Source: Octopus bimaculoides (Eukaryota). Taken from it: a stretch of DNA of 35,198 bases. Positions 35,002 to 35,198 of the stretch are shown one piece after another. The stretch spans positions 1,558,074 to 1,593,271 of the forward strand of contig NC_068996.1 of the NCBI RefSeq assembly GCF_001194135.2, read 5' to 3'. The position numbers and the translations under genes are program-made. The notes beneath the pieces were generated by a model that had not been told where the DNA came from, did no database searches, and saw only the letters and a list, made by a program, of their open reading frames with translations. Position 1 is the first letter of the stretch; every line of letters starts with the position of its first letter.

Positions 35002-35198
35002 TAGTTTTATTTCTATAACGTGCTTTCACTTCACTACCGAGCGCAGCTCTGTGCGCCTTGGGTATGTGCTGTGGTTTGCTGTGGTGCTCTTATGTTTACT
35101 GTATTGAAAGTGTTTTGCGTAGGATGTGTGCAGTACCCAGTAGTGCAATTTTCTGTATGTTATATATATTTGTAAGTCCCGGTGTTTTTGTTATGTAT
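34996..35198 (-). mobile_element. R4/Dong-clade LINE 3' end (cut by the window edge) with (AAT)n tail at 34870-34995
   Basis: 4 substitutions in about 203 bp versus the corresponding part of the 16866 copy. Confidence 0.92.

Overview
Repeat-dominated, AT-rich animal genomic DNA from a gapped draft scaffold (five N-gaps). The SINE/LINE families and dense (TA)n/(CA)n/(TACA)n/(TAA)n microsatellites look like an octopus (cephalopod) genome; this is my recognition, not a database result. I find no supportable host protein-coding gene. Almost all ORFs in the track are microsatellite read-throughs or decayed retrotransposon fragments. Contents: an RTE-clade LINE with an inverted 5' segment and (GAA)n tail; L1/Tx1-like LINE fragments; R4/Dong-like LINE fragments tied to (TAA)n tracts; at least four tRNA-type SINE families; two Helentron-associated (HINE/DINE-1-like) elements; and four unrelated fold-back (head-to-head inverted) insertions. 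The main discovery is that three of the fold-back insertions each carry a minimal type-I hammerhead ribozyme fold of the Penelope-like-element/retrozyme kind. One has a fully canonical core and a GUC site (7027-7093, minus). One has a G3:C8 swap of the conserved C3:G8 pair (24660-24708, plus). One lies downstream of a tRNA-like Pol III head (16639-16684, plus). All folds were derived by eye; activity is untested.
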